From assembly GCA_042218075.1 (NCBI GenBank), contig JBDGRK010000022.1, positions 12,897-76,896 on the forward strand: a DNA stretch of 64,000 nt. The letters run 5' to 3'. Below are positions 20,282-29,693 of the stretch, in pieces. The stretch comes from Candidatus Nanohaloarchaea archaeon (GTDB lineage Archaea; Nanohalarchaeota; Nanosalinia; Nanosalinales; Nanosalinaceae). The translations under genes were made by a program, and so were the position numbers. How positions within the stretch are numbered: position 1 is the first letter of the stretch; every line of letters starts with the position of its first letter. Below the pieces are notes generated by a model. That model saw only the letters and a program-made list of their open reading frames with translations, ran no database searches and was not told where the DNA came from.

Positions 20282-20497
20282 ATGGCGTTCATTGGACTTA
20301 ACGAAGCCCTTCTGATAGGCGCAGTACTGCTGGCTCTTGTTCTAGGACCGAAAAAACTACCGGAACTTGCCAGGAGTCTTGGAGAATCCAAGAAGGAGTT
20401 CAAGAAGTCGATGAAGGAAGCGGATGAGGCAGTGGAAGACATGAAGCCCGATGCAGAAGGAGAGATGGAAGAAGTCGAAGAAATGAAGGATGAATAA
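20282..20497 (+). CDS. tatA: Twin-arginine translocase TatA
   Basis: LGPKKLPELARSLGE..KEFKK. Confidence 0.93.
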   Translation: MAFIGLNEALLIGAVLLALVLGPKKLPELARSLGESKKEFKKSMKEADEAVEDMKPDAEGEMEEVEEMKDE

Positions 20498-20511
20498 GCC
20501 CGGGTAAAAAG

Positions 20512-21198
20512 ATGGAAACTCTGGAAGACCATGTGAGGGCCCTGAAAAAGAGGTTGACCTTTATTATTTTGGCCTTCACCGCTGCAACTGCGATAACGTT
20601 CTACTATTCTCAGGACATACTTGTGTGGGTCCAGAACGACCTGAATTTTACACTGAACGCTCTGCACGCCTACGAGGCTTTCTACACCCAGATAATGATT
20701 GCGATGCTGGGCGGTTTCCTGATTTCCCTTCCCTTCAACGTTTACCAGGTGCTACAGTTCCTTAAACCGGGACTGAGGAAGAAAGAGTACAGGACCATCA
20801 GAAACTTTCTTCCTTTCTCGATAATACTTTTCCTGGGAGGAGCCGCATTCGCCTACAATTACGTTGTGAAACTCAGCCTGGCCTTTTTCTCGAGGACCAC
20901 GGCGGCTGCCGGAGTCGAGGCGATTTGGGGGCTACAGAACACTATAGGCTTCGCTCTCAAGCTTTCAGCCTTTACAGGAATAATATTCCAGCTGCCTATC
21001 GTGGCTCTGGTACTTTCCAGGGCAGGTGTTATAGACAGCGAAATAATGGAAGAATACAGGGCATACTTCATCGTGGCTATTCTCATCGTCTCTGCGGTCG
21101 CGACTCCCCCCGACATCATAACCCAGCTTCTTATTACAGGCCCAGTTATAGGCCTCTACCAGCTTAGCATTTTTCTCGTCAGAAAATTCGAATCCTAG
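20512..21198 (+). CDS. tatC: Twin-arginine translocase TatC
   Basis: L.DH...LKKRL, F.KPGL, FQLP, TPPDIITQ. Confidence 0.93.
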   Translation: METLEDHVRALKKRLTFIILAFTAATAITFYYSQDILVWVQNDLNFTLNALHAYEAFYTQIMIAMLGGFLISLPFNVYQVLQFLKPGLRKKEYRTIRNFLPFSIILFLGGAAFAYNYVVKLSLAFFSRTTAAAGVEAIWGLQNTIGFALKLSAFTGIIFQLPIVALVLSRAGVIDSEIMEEYRAYFIVAILIVSAVATPPDIITQLLITGPVIGLYQLSIFLVRKFES

Positions 21199-21257
21199 TA
21201 ATAGTCGGTTTTTAAAGTTAACCTCCGCATTTTTACTTATGGAACGTGATAAAATAG

Positions 21258-22577
21258 ATGAAAGTTTACACACTAGGCGGCTACGAAGAAGTTGGCCGCA
21301 ACATGACGGCTGTTGAAGCCCACGGCCAGACTGTTATCTTCGACATGGGCTTCGAGATGGAAGAAGTCATCAACGCTGATGGCGAAATCAACGAAATGAC
21401 GACAAATGAAACCCTTGAAACCGGAGCGATTCCGGAAGACGAAGTTCTCTACGAAAACGATGAGGACGTCCGGGCCATCGTAATCGGGCACGGGCACCTC
21501 GACCACGTTGGAGCGATTCCAAAACTTGCGGGAGCATACGACTGTCCTATAGTCTGTACGCCCTACACGAAGAAGATCGTGGAGAAACAGCTGGAGGATG
21601 ATCGAAAAAACATCCAGAACCCGATAATCGCTGTTGAAAAGGGAGAAGAATACTCGATCTCCGACCAGCTCGATCTTGAATTTATCCACGTCAACCACTC
21701 GATCCCGCAGGCCACACTTTCCTGGCTGAAAACGCCGGAAGGAGGAGTTATCTACGGGAACGACATGAAGATTGATAGATCGCCCGTGATAGAAGAGACA
21801 ACAGACATAGAAAAGATGAAGCAGGCTGGCAGAGAGGGTATCAAGTGCATGATCCCCGGAACCACTAGAGTAGAAGACGAGGGAAGGTGCAGATCCGAGC
21901 GATCGGTCGAGGTGGAACTCGAAGATGTGCTTAACTCCTGCTACGAGGCAGGAGGCGCAGTCATCATGAGTACCTTCTCCTCGCAGATCTCCAGGCTGAA
22001 CTCGATAATCGAGGCCAACAACGGAAGAAGAAAGATAGCCTTTGTCGGAAGATCACTCAAGGAGTACACGAAGGCGGCTGAAGAACTTGATCTGATCGAT
22101 CTCTCGAAGGTTGAAGTCGTATCCTACTACGACGAGTGCGAGGAACTCATGGATCGCGTTTCCGGTGAGAAAGAGGAATGGCTTGTAGTCGCGACAGGAA
22201 ACCAGGGAGAACCCGGAGCCCAGCTGGACAAGATTGCGTCACAGGAGTATCCCTTCAGGTTTGAGGAGGGCGATCACGTGATCTTTTCATCCCAGACAAT
22301 TCCAACACCACTGACGCAGGCCAACCGCTACACCCTGGAGAAAAAGCTGAAGGAGCAGGGCGTAAGATTGTACAAGGACGTCCACACCTCGGGACACGCA
22401 AAGAGGGAAGATCACAGGGACTTCATCCAGATGCTAGACCCCGAGAACATCGTTCCTTCACACGGAGATATCCAGAAACTGGGAGCCTACGTGGAGCTTG
22501 CAAGAGAGGAAGGTTACTCGCTGGAGGAAGATGTTTTCATAGGGGAGAACGGAAGAGTCATCGAGATTGATCAGTAG
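21258..22577 (+). CDS. rnj: Ribonuclease J (beta-CASP metallo-beta-lactamase)
   Basis: LGGYEEVGRNMT, HGHLDHVG, NHSIP, TGNQGEP, VHTSGHA. Confidence 0.92.
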   Translation: MKVYTLGGYEEVGRNMTAVEAHGQTVIFDMGFEMEEVINADGEINEMTTNETLETGAIPEDEVLYENDEDVRAIVIGHGHLDHVGAIPKLAGAYDCPIVCTPYTKKIVEKQLEDDRKNIQNPIIAVEKGEEYSISDQLDLEFIHVNHSIPQATLSWLKTPEGGVIYGNDMKIDRSPVIEETTDIEKMKQAGREGIKCMIPGTTRVEDEGRCRSERSVEVELEDVLNSCYEAGGAVIMSTFSSQISRLNSIIEANNGRRKIAFVGRSLKEYTKAAEELDLIDLSKVEVVSYYDECEELMDRVSGEKEEWLVVATGNQGEPGAQLDKIASQEYPFRFEEGDHVIFSSQTIPTPLTQANRYTLEKKLKEQGVRLYKDVHTSGHAKREDHRDFIQMLDPENIVPSHGDIQKLGAYVELAREEGYSLEEDVFIGENGRVIEIDQ

Positions 22578-22938
22578 CTCTCCACCTCTAGCTCTTCTAT
22601 TTTCTCGAAGTGGGTGTCTCGCGTTACAAGGGTGCGGTTTCGGTTGAAAGCTGTGCACCGATAAGTATATTGATCTGTCCGATCATTTCCCCATTTTTCT
22701 TGAGTTTTCTATAGATTTTGGAAGCTTTCTGAACATCCCTCTGATTTAGTTCTACAAGCGTATTTTCCAGGAGTTTTTCCTCATCAAACCTGGCGAGCTT
22801 GTTCAACTCATAGAAGCATAATATACTGCTTATCACTCTATCTGCGTTCTTCCACTTTCTAACAGCTATTTCTTTGCCTTCAAATAAATCTATAAGAAAG
22901 CTGCTATCGGCTAAGTAGCTCCTCTCTTTCTTCATCAA
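22571..22938 (-). pseudogene. VapC PIN toxin, frameshifted near 22655
   Basis: YLADSSFLID N-terminus; C-terminal TAFNRNRTLVTRDTHFEKIEELEVESY* lies in another frame. Confidence 0.8.
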
Positions 22939-23134
22939 TAAAATCTTCTTCCCTTCTCATTTTTATTAAATCTTCCACCGTAATGTCGATTTCTTCCCCT
23001 ATTATATTTTCGAATCCCCTGACTTCATCTTCTGTAATTTCCATCACCACGTCCGAGAAGCTCTTGCCGTTATCTTTCAGAGCTTTCAGTCTCTGGTACG
23101 CCTCCTCCCTCAGGGATATGGTCTTGGAAGCCAT
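22904..23134 (-). CDS. VapB-type antitoxin (DUF217 family)
   Basis: KTISLREEAYQRLKALK...KSFSDVV. Confidence 0.88.
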   Translation of the reverse strand: MASKTISLREEAYQRLKALKDNGKSFSDVVMEITEDEVRGFENIIGEEIDITVEDLIKMRREEDFIDEEREELLSR

Positions 23135-23168
23135 GATCTGTGTATGTGTACCAATACTTATACTATTT

Positions 23169-23642
23169 TTATCCCGTCCGATTAAAATAAAACCTGTCTC
23201 CCTCCTCTATACCGTTTCTATCGGTAAAGTTCTGGTTGACCTCCAGGACGTACTTCGCGGGTCCTCCTATGTATCTTGTCAACTCTGAATCCGGGGTTCC
23301 CGGCTCCGGGTAGGCCTTCATTACATCCATGACAGTGTTGTTGGAGGCGATGTATACAATATCCAGGGGAATGTAGGTGCTTTTCATCCAGAAAGCCCTG
23401 ATCTGCTCGTCATCGAAGATAAACAGCATCCCGTAGTTCTCTGCCAGTTTGGAGCGGTTCATCAACCCTTCTCTCTTTTCCTTAGTAGTTTCAGCCAGCT
23501 CCAGTTCCAATTCTCCAATCCTTTCTCCATCGCTCAAGAAGTATCCTGTAGCCTCCAACTCTCCCTGAGAAAAAGAGGCCGACACCGCCACCACGACAGC
23601 TAGAATAACAGTAAAAATTGCTACAAGGTTCTGCTCTTCCAT
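23169..23642 (-). CDS. DUF192 family membrane-anchored protein
   Basis: ELAET...R.GLM.R, GMLFIF, FWMK.T.IPLDI, YVLEVN. Confidence 0.9.
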   Translation of the reverse strand: MEEQNLVAIFTVILAVVVAVSASFSQGELEATGYFLSDGERIGELELELAETTKEKREGLMNRSKLAENYGMLFIFDDEQIRAFWMKSTYIPLDIVYIASNNTVMDVMKAYPEPGTPDSELTRYIGGPAKYVLEVNQNFTDRNGIEEGDRFYFNRTG

Positions 23643-23786
23643 CAGTACCGCCTCCAGAAATAGATTATAATGCTTATCAGCGAGATTATGAGGGCTTCCC
23701 TGAAACCGACGGGTAGAGGTATTGGAATTATCACAGATGATTATTGCTGGACATGATATTTAGAGCTTGCGCGTTGAATTCACTAC

Positions 23787-25469
23787 ATGGAGCTTGAAGA
23801 ACTCGCAAGGAAGTACGCGCTTAGGAACGCAGTGGAGCACGGGGGAGAATCGGATCCGGGCGCGGTGATTGGAAAGATAATGGCGGAAGAAGACTTCGAC
23901 CCCGGAGAAGTACAGGAAATCGCAGGAAAAATCTGTGGGGAGATCAACTCGATGAGCCAGAAAGAGCAGGCGAAAGAGCTTGAGAAATACGAGTTCGAGA
24001 AGGAAGAGGAGGAGCACGATCCCATCCCGGACCTGAAGGATGCGGAGCAGGCAGAAGCCGTGGTGAGGTTCGCGCCGAATCCAAATGGGGCGCCACACAT
24101 AGGCCACGCGAGAGGAATGATCATCAACGGCGAGCTGAAGCAGAAGTACGATGGAGAACTGATCCTTCGGTTCGACGACACTGATCCCCGGACGAAGAGA
24201 CCTCTGAAGAACGAAGAATACGATGCATACCGGATGATAGAGGAGGATTACCGCTGGCTTGGATACGAGCCCGATCGAGTGGTAAAGAGCTCGGAAAGAT
24301 TCGATATTTACATTGAATACGCGGAAGATCTGATTGAGAAGGAAAAGGCATACGTCTGCTTCTGCGACCAGGAGAAAGCCTCGGAGCTGAGATCAAAGGG
24401 AGAAGCCTGTCCACACAGAGATCAGTCTGAGGAGGAAACGATTGAGAGCTGGGAAGAGATGAGAGAAGGAGAAATTGCTGAGGGAGAGGCAGTCCTAAAG
24501 ATCAAGACGGATCTCGACCACAAGAATCCCGCGATTAGAGACTTTGTCGCGTTCCGGATTATAGAAGATCCTGATCACCCTATTACAGGCGATAAGTACC
24601 GGGTCTGGCCGATGCTTGACTTCCAGGGAGCCATAGAGGACCAGGAGCTTGGAACCACCCACATCGTTAGGGGAAAGGAACTGAGAGCCTCTACAAAGAG
24701 GCAGAAGTATATCTACGACTACTTCGGCTGGGATTATCCCGAGGTAAAGTACTGGGGAAAAGTCCAGATTTCCGGCTTCAATACGCCTGTAAGCGGCTCA
24801 GAGCTGAAGGAGATGATCGAGTCGGGAGAGCTTGAAGGATGGAATGATGTGAGAGCTCCCACACTCAAAGCGCTGAAGAAGAGAGGTTTCAGACCCGAGG
24901 CGATCCGCAACTTCTTCTCTAAGATGGGAGTTACTGAAAACGATATCGATGCCTCGGTCGAAAATCTTGAATCCGAGAATAGAAATATTGTTGAAGAGAA
25001 AGCCGACAGGTACTTTTTCGTCCGAAATCCGGTTGAACTGGAGATTGAAGGCGTCCCAGAAAAAGCTGAGCCAGAGATGCCGCTGCACCCCGACTATCCG
25101 GAAAGAGGCACTAGATCGCCTGAACTGGAGAGAGATGGAGAAACCGCCAGAGTTTTAATCGAGAAGGAAGACCTGGAAGAAGGTTTCCTGAGATTGAAGG
25201 GATTCTGCAACATTGAAATTACCGATCCAGATGAAGGAAAAACAGAGTTTGTCGAAGGAGATCACACGGTAGCGGTTGAGAGAGACGCTCCTATCATCCA
25301 CTGGACACCGACTCTTGGAGAAGAAGCCACCGTCAAGATGCCTAATGGAACCAATTACCAGGGAATCCTTGAGCAGAACGAGATAGAGGTCGATCAAGTG
25401 GTCCAGTTCGAGAGGTTCGGATTTGTCAGGAAGGATGCGGACGGTAAATTCTACTACGCACATGAGTGA
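23787..25469 (+). CDS. gltX: Glutamyl-tRNA synthetase (archaeal type)
   Basis: RFAPNPNG.PHIGH, RFDDTDP, THIVRGK, VVQFERFGF. Confidence 0.96.
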   Translation: MELEELARKYALRNAVEHGGESDPGAVIGKIMAEEDFDPGEVQEIAGKICGEINSMSQKEQAKELEKYEFEKEEEEHDPIPDLKDAEQAEAVVRFAPNPNGAPHIGHARGMIINGELKQKYDGELILRFDDTDPRTKRPLKNEEYDAYRMIEEDYRWLGYEPDRVVKSSERFDIYIEYAEDLIEKEKAYVCFCDQEKASELRSKGEACPHRDQSEEETIESWEEMREGEIAEGEAVLKIKTDLDHKNPAIRDFVAFRIIEDPDHPITGDKYRVWPMLDFQGAIEDQELGTTHIVRGKELRASTKRQKYIYDYFGWDYPEVKYWGKVQISGFNTPVSGSELKEMIESGELEGWNDVRAPTLKALKKRGFRPEAIRNFFSKMGVTENDIDASVENLESENRNIVEEKADRYFFVRNPVELEIEGVPEKAEPEMPLHPDYPERGTRSPELERDGETARVLIEKEDLEEGFLRLKGFCNIEITDPDEGKTEFVEGDHTVAVERDAPIIHWTPTLGEEATVKMPNGTNYQGILEQNEIEVDQVVQFERFGFVRKDADGKFYYAHE

Positions 25470-25474
25470 AAGGT

Positions 25475-25624
25475 TGGGAAGGCCGGGGATCGAACCCGGG
25501 ACCTCTGCGTAGCTCATTTCTGCACCAAACTTCGGATGGGATTTTTAATCATCGAGTCTCCCGACTCTCATCGCTCATACAGCAAGTATGAGCGCAGCGC
25601 TCTATCCGACTGAGCTACCTTCCC
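25475..25624 (-). tRNA. tRNA-Met(CAT), probably elongator, with 76-nt BHB intron at 37/38 (25511-25586)
   Basis: Acceptor GGGAAGG/CCTTCCC, D arm GCTC/GAGC, anticodon stem CTGCG/CGCAG, T loop TTCGATC; BHB central helix CTCA/TGAG; G1-C72 excludes initiator; Ile2 not fully excluded. Confidence 0.88.
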
Positions 25625-25675
25625 GCACAACTGCCAAACGAAGCAGTTGGCAATTCTTCCAATACAACTTACCGG

Positions 25676-25733
25676 AAGCGATGCGGCGTCAGCCGCATGG
25701 CTTATTGCGTGCCCACTCAGCGTAACGAGTGGG
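25676..25733 (-). repeat. tRNA-associated structured element, copy 1 (trailer of tRNA-Val)
   Basis: Minus strand ACTCGTTACGCTGAGTGGGCACGCAATAAGCCATG-hairpin-CATCGCTT; related copies at 51958-52010 and 52252-52364. Confidence 0.75.
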
Positions 25734-25895
25734 TTCGCCCGGATTTGAACCGGGGATCTCCGCCACTCCGACCGCGAAGCTGATCCTCTATTCGTCGAAA
25801 CTCTCAGGTTCTTCGAGTTTCTCAGCCTCACATCTCGCCGACGGCGAGAAGTTCGGGTGTCAAGGCGGTGTCATAACCAGCTAGACCACGAACCC
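25730..25895 (-). tRNA. tRNA-Val(GAC) with 92-nt BHB intron at 37/38 (25766-25857)
   Basis: Acceptor GGGTTCG/CGAACCC, anticodon stem CCGCC/GGCGG, T loop TTCAAAT; BHB central helix TTGA/TCGG. Confidence 0.9.
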
Positions 25896-25980
25896 CAACC
25901 GACTTAAGACTGGTGTTTCCGGATTTTCGAGTTAGGCTTAAATAATTGGGAATCAATGGTTTATTGTGGAGGACAGTTTG

Positions 25981-26130
25981 ATGGTTTCATGCGAGAACTG
26001 TGGAAGAGACCTGAACGTTGACAAGGTTGAAAAACCAGAGGTTGACTGGGTTAAGGTTGTCTGCAGCGAATGCGGAGAAGTGAAGAATATCTCAATGGTC
26101 AGGCTGTCCGCTAATGCGAGGACGAAATAA
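25981..26130 (+). CDS. Small zinc-finger protein (two CxxCG motifs)
   Basis: Manual translation MVSCENCGRDLNVDKVEKPEVDWVKVVCSECGEVKNISMVRLSANARTK; below ORF-track cutoff. Confidence 0.7.
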   Translation: MVSCENCGRDLNVDKVEKPEVDWVKVVCSECGEVKNISMVRLSANARTK

Positions 26131-26181
26131 TCTGTATTCAAAGTTGTTTTAAATTTAGCAGTGGAGTTCTTATTTGATAAC

Positions 26182-26715
26182 ATGGTAAACAAGTGGCAGG
26201 ACTACGAGACAGGTCCGAACCCTCCAGAGGAAATCTACGCAGTGGTTGAAAATCCTGAAGGAACGCAGAATAAGTACGAATATGATAAGGAGAAGGAGTC
26301 AGTTGTTCTGGATCGTGTTCTATACGCTTCTATAAACTATCCGGGCGACTACGGCTTCATCCCGAGAGCATACTACGAGGACGGGGATCCAATGGACATC
26401 CTTGTGCTGACAACTCATTCCACCTTCCCCGGCTGCGTGATAGAGGTCAGGCCTGTCGGAATTCTCTACATGGACGATGACGGAGAGCAGGACGACAACA
26501 TCATCGCGGTTCCGACGGAAGATCCGAGGTGGAACAATATCCAGGATCTTGATGATGTGAACGAACACAGAAAGAAGGAAATCGCCGAGTTCTTCCGGAC
26601 CTACAAGAACCTGGAGCCGAATAAAGAAGTCGAGATCGAGGGATGGGGAGGAAAGGAAGAGGCCCATGAAGCCATCGAGAGAAGCCAGGAGCTGTACAGG
26701 GAGGAATTCTATTAA
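26182..26715 (+). CDS. ppa: Inorganic pyrophosphatase (family I)
   Basis: NKYEYDK, LDRVL, YPGDYGFIP, EDGDPMD, EFFRTYKNLE. Confidence 0.95.
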   Translation: MVNKWQDYETGPNPPEEIYAVVENPEGTQNKYEYDKEKESVVLDRVLYASINYPGDYGFIPRAYYEDGDPMDILVLTTHSTFPGCVIEVRPVGILYMDDDGEQDDNIIAVPTEDPRWNNIQDLDDVNEHRKKEIAEFFRTYKNLEPNKEVEIEGWGGKEEAHEAIERSQELYREEFY

Positions 26716-27119
26716 TGTTCAGTATAGACTATGATGAACTTTCAGACGAGACCCTGAGTTTTGCCCGAGAGCTTCATCGATACTCGACTGAAGCCGCAAA
26801 TTTGCTTGAAGAGAGCGGGGAAAGTGATCCAGAATACAATCCACTCAAAAAGGCCAGAAATCTCCTTAAACAGGATGCGGGAGAGTTTTTCGGACAACCA
26901 GGAGATGAGACAGTTGCAGAAATGCTGGTCGATGACCCGGATGAACTACTTGGATACTACCGGGAATTGGAGGAAGATATAGAGTACATTAAAAATTCTG
27001 GATCAGGATATGAACCTCCTTCAGCTGTAGAGTCCTCAGTCGAAAGGAGGCTTGAAGCCCTCGCGGAAATGACTTTCAACCTTGTTCAGACTCAGGGAAT
27101 CTCAGCTACCGGTGCTTGA
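26715..27119 (+). CDS. Acidic hypothetical protein
   Basis: Coupled to ppa stop (TAATG). Confidence 0.6.
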   Translation: MFSIDYDELSDETLSFARELHRYSTEAANLLEESGESDPEYNPLKKARNLLKQDAGEFFGQPGDETVAEMLVDDPDELLGYYRELEEDIEYIKNSGSGYEPPSAVESSVERRLEALAEMTFNLVQTQGISATGA

Positions 27120-27908
27120 GTACCTTCCCAGGCCAAACCTCCAGAACCTGTAACTTATGTAGAAGAATAGAGGTCCGGCGAGAGGAAGAATGACCTGCCA
27201 GAGCTCCTGACCTTCTTTACCTAGGATGAAGGAGGCAGGAAAAATTGTTGCGAATGCGAGCGGAACAAGGGTTACGAGAAGGGCCTGTACCGCTATACCG
27301 AAAATCTCGAACGGATATTTTCTGAAGTTGCTCATCCTGAAGAGCAGCCAGACCGCACTTCTCGAGGTTCCGGTCCAGAACGCGGTAGAGGAGAACAGAA
27401 GATAAATCGATCCCATGATCAGAATCCCACTCCCCAACGATAGACCTGCGTAGATAAGTTTTATGAGTCCAACTTCAAGTCCAAGCTGAAGTGAAGCGTA
27501 GATAACGAGTGCGATGTTTGCGATGATCTTGGGCAGGTTGCTGTCCCTTATGTTATCCGCGTAAACCTGGAAGAGAGGATCAAGAGGTCTTACCAGGAAG
27601 CGATCGAAGTCTCCCGTCAGGATGTAGTCTTCTCCGATCCGGGTGGCATTATATAGGAAAACATTGTGAGTGAAGACGACCACACCACCGAATCCGGAAA
27701 GGAAGAGCATCTCATTGAAGCTCCAGCCGTTCAGCGATTCTATCTGGGTGAAGACCAGTGTCAGGAAGATCAGAGATACTGACACACTCGTCAGGTGAGC
27801 AGTAGTACCGAGAAGGAAGTCTTTCTTGTAGACCAGTCGAGATTTCCAGTACTGCCTGAAGTAGAGCCAGTAGATACCTACATACTTACCGATCTCCTCT
27901 CTATTCAT
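27102..27908 (-). CDS. ABC-2 family permease (DUF990-like)
   Basis: GW...E, GDFDRFLVRPLDPL, YP..IF, YSSTGS end. Confidence 0.87.
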   Translation of the reverse strand: MNREEIGKYVGIYWLYFRQYWKSRLVYKKDFLLGTTAHLTSVSVSLIFLTLVFTQIESLNGWSFNEMLFLSGFGGVVVFTHNVFLYNATRIGEDYILTGDFDRFLVRPLDPLFQVYADNIRDSNLPKIIANIALVIYASLQLGLEVGLIKLIYAGLSLGSGILIMGSIYLLFSSTAFWTGTSRSAVWLLFRMSNFRKYPFEIFGIAVQALLVTLVPLAFATIFPASFILGKEGQELWQVILPLAGPLFFYISYRFWRFGLGRYSSTGS

Positions 27909-27911
27909 ACA

Positions 27912-28691
27912 TCAACCACCCTGCACCGTCAGTTTCTTCTTGGCTTTTTTCCAGAGAACCTGGCTGAACAAGAGCAGGAAACCAATCCAGAATAGCTGGA
28001 TCGCAAACACGGATAGAACGCCCTGAGAACTTCCTAAATAAATGGAGATAGGTGCGTCAACTAGAGAGGGAAAAGGAGTCAACCGGAAAAAACGGACAAT
28101 ATTTTCCGGTATCAGGTAGAGGGGTATCATCGCACCTGATAATAAAGCTGTAACCATAAACCTGATCATCCTCAGGCTGTTGCCTATCTTGGTCCAGAAA
28201 ACCAGCATCGAGGTGGTGTAGGAGAGTAGTATCACGAGGTTGAGGCTCAGAAATACAGAAAGAAAGAACATTAACCCCGAAGAGGGGAGGCCGATGCCGA
28301 GCACTAGAATAGCCGCAGTGACTGCAGGAATCCCTCTAGTCACGATCTTGAAACTGGACTTCCCGAGCTGGTAGAAGTAGAGCTGCAAACCAAGCGAGGC
28401 CGGCTTCTTCAGCTCATTCACTATAGTTCCCTTCCTGACTCTTTCACCAACCCAGGATTCAATATCCGCGGAAGTTGAACTGTTGATGACCTGCGCCAGC
28501 GCTACATAGGCAATGATAGAGGAGAAAGGCTGGGCTAGCTCCCCTGAAGCTGCTATAGCCCTCCATACATAGTAGAAAAGAACAAGCGAGATGAAGGTCG
28601 CGAAGACACCGGAGACAGCGTTAGCCCTGTACTGGAGGCCTTCCCGCAGTCCGACTCTGAAAAATGAGAGGTACTTTAGGGGTTTCATCAC
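27912..28691 (-). CDS. ABC-2 family permease (DUF990-like)
   Basis: YRAN, VRKG.I..EL.KP, LSGAMIPL, VQGG end. Confidence 0.87.
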   Translation of the reverse strand: MMKPLKYLSFFRVGLREGLQYRANAVSGVFATFISLVLFYYVWRAIAASGELAQPFSSIIAYVALAQVINSSTSADIESWVGERVRKGTIVNELKKPASLGLQLYFYQLGKSSFKIVTRGIPAVTAAILVLGIGLPSSGLMFFLSVFLSLNLVILLSYTTSMLVFWTKIGNSLRMIRFMVTALLSGAMIPLYLIPENIVRFFRLTPFPSLVDAPISIYLGSSQGVLSVFAIQLFWIGFLLLFSQVLWKKAKKKLTVQGG

Positions 28692-29668
28692 AGACCCTCG
28701 TTGTAGATGTGCTTTACCACTGCCTCAATGTCCGGCTCCTTTATCTGGAAATCTATCACATCGTATTCTTCCAGGACCTCCCTCATCAGCTCTGAGGCGG
28801 AGATCTTTTCGCGATCGAAGACTATCTCTATCCTGGCATCCTCCTTCTCGACCTTTTCGATTCCATCCATCTCCAGATCGAAATCCTCTCCATTCCTGAC
28901 ATCCAGTATCAGCCTCCTGGAAGTGAACCGATTCACAAGTGCATCCAGCTCTCCATCGTATATCTTCTCCCCCTGGTCGAGAACCACGATCCTATCGCAC
29001 AGGTCCTCGATATCATCTATGTCGTGGGTGGTCAGCATCACCGTGATATCCTTCTCCTGGTTCATCTTCCGTATGAAGTCCCTTATCCTCTCCTTCACCG
29101 CGACATCGAGACCGATCGTGGGTTCATCAAGATAGGCGATCTTGGGATGGTGGAGAAACGCGGCCGCAAGCTCGCATCTCATCTTCTGCCCCAGGCTCAG
29201 CTTTCTCACCGGCTGGTCCCAGAAATCCGAAAGCTGGAGAACCTCGTCGAACTCGTCAATCCTCTGCTCGTAATCCTCATCCTCAACCTCGTATATCTCT
29301 TTCAGGAGCTTGAACGATTCCCTTACAGGTAGATCCCACCACAGCTGGGTCTTCTGGCCGAAAACCACGCCGATATTCATCGCGTTCTTCTTCCTCTGTT
29401 TGTTAGGATCCCTGCCGTCGACCTCGATTCTTCCAGAACTCGGCTCGAGAATACCTGTAAGCATCTTGACCGTCGTGGACTTTCCCGCACCGTTAGCACC
29501 GATGTAGCCGATCATCTCTCCCTCCTCTATCTCAAAGTCAAGATCTTCAACTGCTTGAACCTCCTCGTATTCCCTCGAGATGAAGGACTTCAGGTATCCT
29601 CTAATTCCCTCCCCTCTCTGGTAGATTCGGAAAGTCTTATCCAGGTTTTCAGCTTCAATTAAGCTCAT
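28688..29668 (-). CDS. ABC transporter ATP-binding protein
   Basis: GANGAGKST, VFGQKTQLWWDLP, LSLGQ, LDEPTIGLD, TTH. Confidence 0.94.
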   Translation of the reverse strand: MSLIEAENLDKTFRIYQRGEGIRGYLKSFISREYEEVQAVEDLDFEIEEGEMIGYIGANGAGKSTTVKMLTGILEPSSGRIEVDGRDPNKQRKKNAMNIGVVFGQKTQLWWDLPVRESFKLLKEIYEVEDEDYEQRIDEFDEVLQLSDFWDQPVRKLSLGQKMRCELAAAFLHHPKIAYLDEPTIGLDVAVKERIRDFIRKMNQEKDITVMLTTHDIDDIEDLCDRIVVLDQGEKIYDGELDALVNRFTSRRLILDVRNGEDFDLEMDGIEKVEKEDARIEIVFDREKISASELMREVLEEYDVIDFQIKEPDIEAVVKHIYNEGL

Positions 29669-29693
29669 AAAGATTTAGCAAAAACAGAGCTTT

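Noticed and set aside
23643-23786. Possible C/D sRNA or small ORF upstream of gltX
   Set aside because: Box matches are weak and the region is explained by divergent promoters
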